Origin: Perkinsus chesapeaki ATCC PRA-425
Taxonomy: Eukaryota; Protista; Perkinsozoa
Direction: 5' to 3'
DNA length: 46,348 nucleotides
Assembly (NCBI GenBank): GCA_013115145.1
Contig: JAAPAO010000255.1
Location: forward strand, 1-46,348
Shown here: one piece after another, positions 21,545 through 30,972 of the stretch
Layout: each line of letters begins with the position of its first letter
Numbering within the stretch: position 1 is the stretch's first letter
Made by a program: the position numbers and the translations under genes
Notes under the pieces: model-generated
Database searches by the model: none
What the model was told of the DNA's origin: nothing
The model's input: the letters and a program-made list of their open reading frames with translations, nothing else

Positions 21545-22747
21545 TCATTCTCTATGTCCCACACTGGGCGGAGGTGTCGGAACGTTACTCCTCATCGCTG
21601 CCGGGGATCGAAGGTGTTCTTGCTTAGGCGGTATGATCGGGTAGTAGAATCCTGGCAGACGGATGATATCGGAGTAAATGGCTTGGCCAAATATTAGTAA
21701 TCCGAAACCGAATAGTTGCAACCATGACCAAAGGCTCCAGACTTCCCCAAAGGGCGAGTCTGGCGCGATGGCGTGAATAGCCAAATCAACCATCCAGATC
21801 ACAGCAGTCCTCGAGGCCTCCAGCATTGTACGGTGCACAGCTGAGAGAGCGTACGTTACGAGAATTCCGGACATGTTGTAAGTGAATACAGAAAATACAT
21901 ATAGTAGTATCAGCCATTGAAGCTCGGTGCTGTTCTGAATCATAGTGAACGTGTCGTAGGGATTCTCGGCACTACCAGCATCGTGGCCTGGAATTATGTA
22001 AACGATAGGGAATGCTACCAGAAACATGAGTAGTGTCCCCCAAACACCCTCCATACCGGTGATGAGAAAAGGGGCTATTGTGTGATGTCGGAGCAACCTT
22101 TCTTCGACCACAACTTGTAGAGCTTGAACGATTTGACCAAGAATGATCATAACCATACCGAAGGCTCTGAGGCCGGCCGTCTCATCTGTAGGAGAATTGT
22201 CGATCGCGGTGCTCCTCATGTTAGCAACACCAACCACGACAACTGCCACCACACAGAGGAAAACTCCGAACCAATGGAAGGCTTTGAGTTGCCTCTTCAA
22301 AAATGCAACCGAAAATACCGCGGAAAATATTATCATTGACCCTCTCAACATCTGATAAACCGATGCTGAGTTATATAGCAGCCCCAGGAAGCAGAATACT
22401 GTAGCGACCAAGTCCAAGGCGGCCGGGAATGCAATGAGCATTGATGCTTTGGTAAACGAGGTCGTCTCTACCGGCGGTGGGGCTCCTGCACGCAGTAGGG
22501 GCTGCTGCCGTGCGGCGGCTCTGGTGTTACGTTTACGTAGCTGGCTTACGCAGAGGCTTACGAAATGGATGACCAATACGATGCACATGCCTAGAAACAT
22601 GGTGAGAGTGTTGAACCAAGGCTTCTTGAAAAATTTGGGTTCGCCTTCAACACCAATAGAGATAATCTGAAATTGGACTTTACTCATAATGGTGTTGAGG
22701 CAACCGAATATGAGAAGGCCTAGTACGTAGAACGTGGTCGACTTCAT
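21545..22747 (-). CDS. Intronless drug/metabolite-fold transporter, SLC35F6-like
   Basis: ~400-aa multi-TM ORF with FKKPWFNTLTMFLGM, ASVYQMLRGSMIIFSAVFS, QVVVEERLL, GMEGVWG, SAVHRTMLEASRTAVIW. Probable start is the Met at 22747; the ORF extends to 22807. Confidence 0.9.
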   Translation of the reverse strand: MKSTTFYVLGLLIFGCLNTIMSKVQFQIISIGVEGEPKFFKKPWFNTLTMFLGMCIVLVIHFVSLCVSQLRKRNTRAAARQQPLLRAGAPPPVETTSFTKASMLIAFPAALDLVATVFCFLGLLYNSASVYQMLRGSMIIFSAVFSVAFLKRQLKAFHWFGVFLCVVAVVVVGVANMRSTAIDNSPTDETAGLRAFGMVMIILGQIVQALQVVVEERLLRHHTIAPFLITGMEGVWGTLLMFLVAFPIVYIIPGHDAGSAENPYDTFTMIQNSTELQWLILLYVFSVFTYNMSGILVTYALSAVHRTMLEASRTAVIWMVDLAIHAIAPDSPFGEVWSLWSWLQLFGFGLLIFGQAIYSDIIRLPGFYYPIIPPKQEHLRSPAAMRSNVPTPPPSVGHRE

Positions 22748-23200
22748 GGTGATGTTATAACACCAAAAATAACTGTGCAGAGCCCAAGTCGAAGGGCTAA
22801 GGCCCATGATCGATTAGGAGCGACCATCTTGCGACGTAAAGTATTCAACCAATTAGTATTTTCGCTATTTCTGTGTTGAACGAGTACCCTAAATCTCGGA
22901 GTCGATATATCAATATATCTCTCAGAGTCAGTTATTGAGTCATGTTTGATAAACAACATTAAATATTTAATTAATGGAAGTTAGTATTTATTAAACGCTT
23001 TTGTATTCAATCAATTTACTGTCTAAACCCGAATGATATACGCCTAAATTCATCTGTTAAGTAACATTAAGGTAGCCGATGGTAATCGATTAATATCAAG
23101 TTGACGCCCGATAACCAAAGGAGGAGTTAGTTATGTTGAACTTCAGTTCCGGCCAATTGAGTTAGAAAACGGATAAATTTGTTAAATTGAGCTGCTGCGC

Positions 23201-23236
23201 ATAAAAATGCCAACACTAGGGATTGAACCTTCGTCC
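23201..23236 (-). repeat. tRNA T-arm relic in putative minus-strand intron 23195-23256
   Basis: Minus strand GTGAGG...GGACGAAGGTTCAATCCCTAGTGTTGGCATTTTTATGCGCAG. Confidence 0.55.
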
Positions 23237-23621
23237 AAGTGATCAGTAAACCTCACTCTTAACCTCTGTACCATTTGAAACACCAAAATCTTCTTGCTGC
23301 ACTTTGTGACGCTTTTTTGCACGCGAGTTCTGAGTCTTTGAATGCGACTAAACTGTATAAAGAAGATAGTTGGGCATAAATTTATCCTTCTCAAGTTCCG
23401 ATGTACTTTACTCATCCGTAGCATCCAACACAGAGGATGTGCTTTCGATACTAATCCAGACGGTTCTTATAACTACGATATTATTTGTATATATTTTTAC
23501 ACTTGTAATCATGGGCGTAATACAACCCCCGTAACTCTTCAAGCAACAAGGGAGAAAAATCAAGTCTTCCCCCAAGAAACGTATTTAATGTTATTTCACT
23601 AGTTACTTCATACCTCCCTTT

Positions 23622-24500
23622 AATGTGTCGGCAGTCCACCACCACGACTACGAGGCAATCGGACAGCCCTTCTAAAAGGAAACCAAAGCAAGTTGTGGAG
23701 AGTGCTGAGGAGGATATACATAAAGCCCTTAAGAAGCACTTCGACTATGTCTCGCCCAAAGCAGGTAAAATGTGTTACGGGGATTAAGTCTAAGAAAATT
23801 CAGGTAGATTTTTGCCCTCGGCAGTGGAGAACGTGTTTGTGGGATTTTATAATGGACATAATATAGTTATTATTGATGTTAGTATTTGAATATATGTTTA
23901 TGATAGTGAATTCCTTACAACATATTATTATTCTGGGGGATATGAATCGATATGGGAGTATTATATTAATATTTCTGAATAATAGCAAATCCTTAGTGGG
24001 TGATTAAATAGTTTTTATAGGATAGTAGTCGTTGTGATGTAAGTCTGCTACTGCTGTATGATTTTACCTATTTCAGACTTAATATGGCATAGATCGACGG
24101 CTGTGGGCATATCATGCTTCCTCCTCCCGATGATAACCGGACCAGCATTTATTCTGCAGCACTGCTGGTTAGGTGCATTGGTTTGCCTTGTGGAATCTTT
24201 CGCAAGGTAAAATACCTGGGTCAACCTAAGATATTTTATACCTCAGTTTCGCTGCTGATTACGTCTTTATTGATGATCCTACCCACCCATCACAGCGAAT
24301 CGATCGCTACATGTGTATCGTATTTGTCATTGTCACTTGGTACGACTGTATAGTCGTCCTTGGATATTCGGTAGTAAAAGGAGGGAGCGGTATGGCAATA
24401 TAGGAATTTCCTCTTCAATATTCTTAACAGGAAGTGCTTTCCAACGTCGGGCTGCTTTCTCAGTTGCCTCTCCAAAATGTCATAGAAAATTCAATCTCGT
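23622..24500 (+). CDS. Hypothetical multi-exon protein; extent approximate
   Basis: Exon MCRQSTTTTT...HKALKKHFDYVSPKA ending at a GTAAAA donor. Later exons unresolved. Confidence 0.3.
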
Positions 24501-25100
24501 AGGTTGATGCTGGAATTGATCAGAACTCTTCCTTCTTTTGTCACTGGTATGGGAATATGGTGGGTCGTTCGTTTTGTAAATGTTTTATAGCGCCCAGTTA
24601 TCATATAAGGATGTCGCTATATCATAAGTAATGCCAAAGACGGCAGTTAATTATATATTAATACTTAAAGTTGAATTATATAACTACATTAAATATATAC
24701 CTTAATATTGTATATAGTTTAATATACAGAATATCATTAGATTTATTTATACTCATCAATATACTTATAATGAATATATATAGACAAATCTATGTAGATG
24801 TAATACTAATGATTATAAAGTATATTGGTGATAATTCATATAGATATAGCACCTTCTGCCATCTAGTGTTTCTGTATGGCTGCTTATAGCTTCTATTGTT
24901 AGGTTATCACGATGTGCCTTCTAATGATACCAATAATGTTATTATTACATTTATCAAGAGCTAGTACTACCAAGGAGCAATGGGTCAGAAGGCATGTAAT
25001 AATAAAATAGAAATTTGCTAAAGTCTTAGGCGTTGGTCTTTCGCTTGGTTATTATGAAAATGAGCCACAGCGACTTCGAGCGGTGCACAAGGTTGGGATT

Positions 25101-25180
25101 CCCGTTCGAAAACCCGAAACCCGTTCGAAAACCCGAAACCCGTTTGAAAACCCGAAACCCGTTTGAAAACCCGAAACCCG
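25101..25180. repeat. 19-bp tandem repeat x4.2 (CCCGTT[C/T]GAAAACCCGAAA)
   Basis: Directly visible. The AAACCCG core recurs at 46317-46333. Confidence 0.95.
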
Positions 25181-25856
25181 GAATCCGGATGGGCAGATTT
25201 TGTTTTTGTTGTTACCTGTGATTTTAACATCTAAGCTCTAAGTAGTTACGACGGGCGTCTATCAGGGAGCTTTTCTGCGGATTTATCCCAGCGCCTTCTC
25301 CAGTGAACTCCATCTTGTCGAACGCATTTTGGAAATCAGCAATTTTCGCAAGAGCTCCGCCCTTGGGTTGAATTTGTAGGCGGCCTACTGGAGGCCGTGA
25401 GAATTGATGTCATCTCAGTTTATTTGGCATCTTCTTGGATCTGCAGGAGTGGCCATCACATTACTTTTGGGTACTCCAAGTTGGAGACATCCACACATCA
25501 GATTTATACCAGTAATATTGGGCAAAAATTTTACCGGAAATTTCGGGGAAAATTTCGGAAAAAAAGTTTCAGTGAAAATTATATTGAATATGATAAGTAA
25601 ATTTCCGGCAAAATAACGAAAAAGACTTCCGGTGCCATTCGTGGTTTGATTACGGTCGAGGCCGCGGGTCCGGGATAAATTATAGGAGCGTAGAAATGAG
25701 TAAGATTCTTTTTAGGACATCTCAGCATATCTCGGCTGAGTGTCGTTGAAGACTTTTGTTGTTGTTGAAGGGCCCATAGGGCCGGAATATACCGTTTCTT
25801 GAGATTGTGCAGTATTGGGTTGAGTAATGTTAGTGGCTGCGCACTGGGAATGTGAA

Positions 25857-26123
25857 TGCCTTTATTTGGTGTTCACGGTGAAATATATCGTTATTATTAA
25901 CTCCTGTGATTCATCAGGGGGGGGGGGGGGTTTATGGGCGTATCGAGACCCATCTGTGCGGCCCACCTGAGACTTGGCACAACAAGGATAATGTAGCATA
26001 CACTGGTGAAACAGCAATGGGTGGTGCATGTATTCACTGCTCTATTCACTTATTGCCTTCATTTGGTGTCAACGGTGAAATATATCGTTATTATTAACTT
26101 GTGTTATTAATCACTGGGGGTTT
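25857..26123. repeat. Direct repeat, 39-bp core at 25864-25902 and 26061-26099
   Basis: ATTTGGTGT(TC/CA)ACGGTGAAATATATCGTTATTATTAACT, 2 mismatches. Both copies are followed by a G-run and TTT. Confidence 0.85.
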
Positions 26124-26563
26124 GCTATTCTGATGTGAATAATTAAATTATATTATGTATCTCATATGTGTTTGTTACATATCCTTAAAGCTGGCTTCTT
26201 TGAGAGAATGGAGTAGCTAATGACCACAAGTGAGAGAGATATCTCTATCTATGTGGCTCATGTGAAGTTATGATTCGGAAATTATTCTGTTATATGTCGG
26301 GTATGAGTTTATCCTGCATCGAAGTTACAAATACATACAATCAATTATTGATAGACAAGAGTGTCTGGACAACAATGATGTTGGTAAGGACGCTATATAT
26401 ATGCGCTGGTGTGAGGGTTGAAGTATCTCATTCGTAAAGGGTTATAGCAATACTCAGTCTAATAGGACCCCCAAAGTGCCAGCTGTGAACCGGCCTAGGT
26501 TGTTATGAACTAGAAAAGACGCACAGGAAAAACACCGTCCACATTTTCTAGCAAATACCCAGT

Positions 26564-27226
26564 TTGAATGGGGAATTGGTTCACAAGCTTCACGAATGGA
26601 AGGAGTATAGTTTTGATTGTTTTCCATTGACTATGAACGAGAGCACGTCATGGTCGAGCTTGATTGATAACGAGTTGACTGCAGCGGTTAAACGCCAAGA
26701 GGAAAAATGTAAACAAATGGATGTCGACGGAGCGACGCAAGATGGGTTCCAATACGGCCTGTTCGAAAAGGCTTGCAGGAGTAAGCGTAATGTGGGGCCG
26801 GCGGGGAGCAGGTTGAAGCGACCGCGGATCAAGGATGACTCTATTTCACCGAAAAAGGGGAGGAAAAAACGGCGGAGCGAAGCAGAAATTACTGAAACTA
26901 GTTTGCTGGATAGACTTTGCGAGGATGAAAAACAAGCGGGTGATGTAGTGGTGTCGAAGAGGGCCGCGGAGCTGTTGGCTGAGGCGTGGGGAATGGAGGG
27001 GCACCTGGAGCAGCCGAGCGACGAGACGATCGAACGGTTGGAGGATGAGAGTGAGGGACAGCTGGATCGGCGATGTGTGGTGGGATTTTGGGAAAAGCAG
27101 AGGAAAAGGGAGAAAATAAAAAGTGGTGGAAAGGTGGATAAAGGAAAGGAGAGGAGCAAGCTGTTGAAGGTTAAGGTTATGAGGACAGATGTGGTAGGGA
27201 AGGGGGTGGGGGTGGGTAAATGTTAA
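26564..27226 (+). CDS. Hypothetical charged, probably nuclear protein (long terminal exon)
   Basis: 220-aa ORF with NLS-like KKGRKKRR. Preceded by an acceptor-like CCCAG, so upstream exons are possible. Confidence 0.6.
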   Translation: MNGELVHKLHEWKEYSFDCFPLTMNESTSWSSLIDNELTAAVKRQEEKCKQMDVDGATQDGFQYGLFEKACRSKRNVGPAGSRLKRPRIKDDSISPKKGRKKRRSEAEITETSLLDRLCEDEKQAGDVVVSKRAAELLAEAWGMEGHLEQPSDETIERLEDESEGQLDRRCVVGFWEKQRKREKIKSGGKVDKGKERSKLLKVKVMRTDVVGKGVGVGKC

Positions 27227-27391
27227 TCGATTAATAAATGGTCAATGACAAATAAATTGATAAGTGAATTATCAAAACACATACATATTATGAATGATAA
27301 TATCTATGTGTTAATGTTTCGGTATCGCACGGTTCAATTTCTATCTTGGCGAGATGTATTATGTGAATCATATCGCTGATTCGGGATCATT

Positions 27392-30288
27392 ATGTCGAAG
27401 TAGGCGGACTCGGAAAACGTGTGTCATATTTGAACCTTATTTACTTTGACGGACGATCGCTGGTGGCTGAGGAATGGCCGGGAATGGGACAAAGAAGCTC
27501 TCGAGAGTTTTGGGAATCCATTTCGCCGGATTGACATTTGGTTCACAGTATGGCCGAAAGTGGCTTAGTGTGATTGGACTCTATGTGTTTGTAAATGGGC
27601 GAGGTGGTTCTGCGATAGTATCGAGTTGATATCCGAGGTTGATTAGTGCACTTGATGTGCGGAAAGGATATGTTTGTGTCGAATAGGTTACTCGTAAATA
27701 CATGAAGGCGCTTGCGAAAGAAAGCAGTCCTATTGTGAGGCGAAAGGCGTTGTTGTCGATTTTTAACGATCCTTCAGAAGACGAGAAACCTGAGGTTTTA
27801 AAAAAGTACGTCACCAGGGATCGAACCAGGGACCTTTCGATTGGGAATGCTTTGTTGTCAGCTTTGTTAATCGTAAGGGTATCGAGCTGCTCGGTGAATG
27901 GCTCAGCAATTTGGTGAGCGATCGGAAGCCTAACGTTCCGCTGGCGGAGGCGTGTTTGGGTTTATTGGACGAGTTGGACATAACCGAAGGAACTCTGAGA
28001 AATACGGGAATAGGCCGAGTGGGCGGAATATTTTTGTCACTGCGCCACGAAATTGCCTTAGGTTGTTACTGCCGTGGTGAAACGGTTCGCTGGCGTATCT
28101 GAGGGGGTGGTGACGGGCGGTCGAGAATTGTTGGTAAAATGGAAGGATATGGTGACACGCTCGAGAAGGCCGTCGGCGGCGGCGGCGGCGGAGGAGCGAA
28201 CTGATGGAGAGTGAGCGCGGCAGAAACGGTGAAGTCGATCGCATTGTTTATTAATTTCAGGGGAGATGATTCGAAGAGCGAAGAGAAGTAGGCGGAAATG
28301 GAAAATGTTATTCGTGCAACGCTTCGCTCCGCTGTCTAGGTCCCGGAAAGATGGAGCTGGTCTTGAAGGGGTCTTGGAGGAGGATGAGATGAAAGGTTTG
28401 TGTGAGAGGATTTAGGGGACAGATATTGTGTGATTTTAGTTCCAACGGGGGAGGAGGTCGATTTGGATTCGTTGATGGATTTGATGGGAGAAGTGGATGA
28501 AGTGAAAGAGGATGCGCAGATTGGCAGGAATTTGAATGATCCATTGGATCCTTTAAGGTCGGCTTGGCTTAGTGGTTGAGCATCGAGGTCTCATGCGAGA
28601 GATCCTGGTTCGATCCTTGCATAGTATGTTTTTAGACTCATGGCACTTCCTGGGTCTGAGGACTTTGATGATGAAGAGCAGCCATCAACAGGTGTAGTAA
28701 TTCCCCCTGTTACTGAATACTGTCCCCGAATTCGATGGAAGGAGGATAGCGAGCTCGTATCGATGGTGCTGTTTCAGAAGAATGAGCCGCTCTGGGACAC
28801 AGTTGCGTAGGAATAGCCGATCGTTGCGGTTAACGTTTGCTGGTGATAAAAGGATTTTAATAGTCATATTGTTGGAGGTTCGGAGAGCGATGTATACAGT
28901 AGAGATTGAAGATAGGTAGCTTTAACTGATTGCAGATGAATGAGATACAATGTATATCCTCTACTGTCAAGAATAGATATTGGCGTAGTAGAGCCGTGGA
29001 AACAAGAAAAACTGATAGCTTCGATTATCGAGAAGGCTGCGGTCCCCGAAAGCTCCCTTATTTGGTGAATAGTAGTGCTTCAATGATACCACTATTTTAT
29101 TTTTCTACCATATAAGCGATGACCATCGCTCCTGTATATCCAAGGGGCCTTCGGGTTCGAGCACTTGGGGTGTCATTTGTGATTGCAGGTTTGATTTTGG
29201 ATCCTGTCATTTCAGGGCGATCAGCAACGCTAGAGGGAAGCATGTAAAGTATGTCGAACATGGTCATACGAGCAAGTTTGTAGAGCAGCGGAGGAAGGAG
29301 GCTGCCATGGTGAGTTGGAAGATATTACTGCCTCCTTCATCTTAGATATTGATGTTATTATATTTCACTAGTGCATTATAGATATTAATAATTATCATAA
29401 AGGTATTTCGAAAATCCGTGAGTACGTTCGGTCGAAAGTTGGTGGACCCGCGACGCTGATCTCTGCATGCTCTCTTCAAAATTTCGTGGAATTTTGTGGA
29501 GCTCGCATGCGAGGGTGAATAATTGATTCTTAAAAGTGTTCACGGAAGCTCACGTTTTCCGGCTTATCACCATTCATTACGTTATATACATTAATAGAGA
29601 TGTGACGATTCAAACTCTATTAGTAATTATTAACAGAATTGGATCCATCATTTATTCCATTATTAACCTTGCTACTTGGTACCCGACTGATTCTTTCTGA
29701 ACATCACCTACGAAAAGGGGATTTAGTTTTTGTTCGGCGTCGTCTGCTACTTGGTCGTCAGGGACGGGGCATCGGCAAATTTGACGAGTTTGCGATGATG
29801 ATGCCCTCGCGATGGCATGTGAATAAATTCTGCAACATAAATCGTTCATACCGCTCTGTTCTTATTTCTAGGGCGGTTCTGGACTTGGTCAACGGCACGG
29901 CGAGACTCCTCGGGAAAACAGCAAATCTGAGGCGCGTGACTCTGTGACGCCATCAGTCATTTTTGATCCTGATGCGGTTCCCTATATCTGCGTACCTCCT
30001 GATTGTGCGGTGGATGATAAAACCCTAAGCTCGCGGAGTTACGAGCGTCAAGACTTGGCCGATCTCCACGGCATTCGGCCGGAGGAACTATACGATAAAA
30101 CTCGCATACCGAACTCGCCCGCGGAACCGGACGCGCATTCGGGCGTGCTTGGCTTGGTTAAGCATGACTCGACGATTCACATGCCGCTGAGGAACAGACA
30201 AAGAGATCGCTCACCTCCATCTAAACCAGAGGACCATAAAGCAGGTAAATTGGAAGGCTTGAGGAGCTTCGGATTTTGTTACTGGTGA
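27392..30288 (+). CDS. PNUTS/PPP1R10-like protein (TFIIS N-terminal domain plus PP1-docking motif); ends approximate
   Basis: FVNRKGIELLGEWL...LDITEGTLRNTGIGR|VV...LLVKWKDMV (TFIIS-N/LW domain); PRIRWKEDSELVSMVLF (RVxW, ~28700-28760); LYDKTRIPNSPAEPD. Confidence 0.7.
27806..27845 (-). repeat. Antisense tRNA 3'-half relic at the start of 56-bp intron 27806-27861
   Basis: Reverse complement reads AATCGAAAGGTCCCTGGTTCGATCCCTGGTGACGTAC. Splicing gives VLK(N)|FVNRKG in frame. Confidence 0.85.
28019..28061 (+). mobile_element. 43-bp intron sharing an identical 20-mer with 43-bp intron 8508-8550
   Basis: GTCACTGCGCCACGAAATTG at 28036-28055 and at 8528-8547. Confidence 0.7.
28288..28339 (+). mobile_element. 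AACGCTTCGCTCCGCTG intron family, copy 2 (whole 52-bp intron)
   Basis: GTAGG...GAAAATGTTATTCGTGCAACGCTTCGCTCCGCTGTCTAG. Splicing keeps the frame (SEEK|SRKDG). Confidence 0.75.
28558..28635 (+). pseudogene. Full-length degenerate tRNA-like sequence forming an entire 78-bp intron
   Basis: A box TGGCTTAGTGG (28565-28575), D-arm GCTT/GAGC, TGCGAGAGATCC (tRNA-Pro-like), B box GGTTCGATCC (28607-28616), T-run then AG. Splicing gives DPLR|LMAL in frame. Confidence 0.75.
29143..29178 (+). repeat. Weak tRNA T-arm relic in putative intron 29134-29188
   Basis: GGGGCCTTCGGGTTCGAGCACTTGGGGTGTCATTT. Confidence 0.35.
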
Positions 30289-30972
30289 AGGAGAGACGAT
30301 ACCACATAGGTTGTACACTCCCGTGTGTGGTGGATCGATTGCGATCAATGATAGCCTATCATATAGAGATTATATATAATCGGATATATATCTGTAGATT
30401 GGAGTAGATCTATCTCTTATAGATCCAATAATATAATCTTTATATAGAGATTTACGAGAAGGCCCAACGCTAAGTTCAGAACGATGAAGGGGGTCAATTG
30501 TTGCGCCAATTGGATCATATCGAAATTTCCGTGATGCAGAGGTTTGGAGTGTGAACACAAAAGTGGTTGAAATCGGGTCCACTTCTTATCGTAATGCTAG
30601 AGCCAGCGAGCTGATAAGCTATTACTACCAGACTTACCAATCAGAACTCTCAAGCCGCTGGAGTGAAGTAGCGATTGAGGTGGGCGTCACAACCTATAGA
30701 CTTACTTCATCTGAACTGCTCCTCGAATGGATGTCATCCAGCAACACAATGAATGCTTGCCGGCGGAGGCCAGAATAGGGCCCTCCTTTTGGTGTTCTAT
30801 ATCACCACACATATATACCAACGTCTACCACTTAACCATTGGCCATCACTGTTGAAGTGCTCATTCTTAAATACAAACAGGCATGAAACGGTTGATCGAT
30901 TTACATATTCTTCCTCGATGTGTGTCCTAGTACTATCCTACTAAATCTTAGGGGCGTAAATTATAGGGGACT

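Noticed and set aside
22820-22835. CCATCTTG, spliced-leader-like, near the SLC35 start
   Set aside because: Wrong strand relative to the gene and only 8 nt.
25240-25500. Minus-strand AKIADF and YKSDVW look like kinase subdomains
   Set aside because: They occur in the wrong order for a kinase and lack other motifs.
26590-27159. 189-aa minus ORF
   Set aside because: Antisense shadow of the charged + strand ORF 26564-27226.
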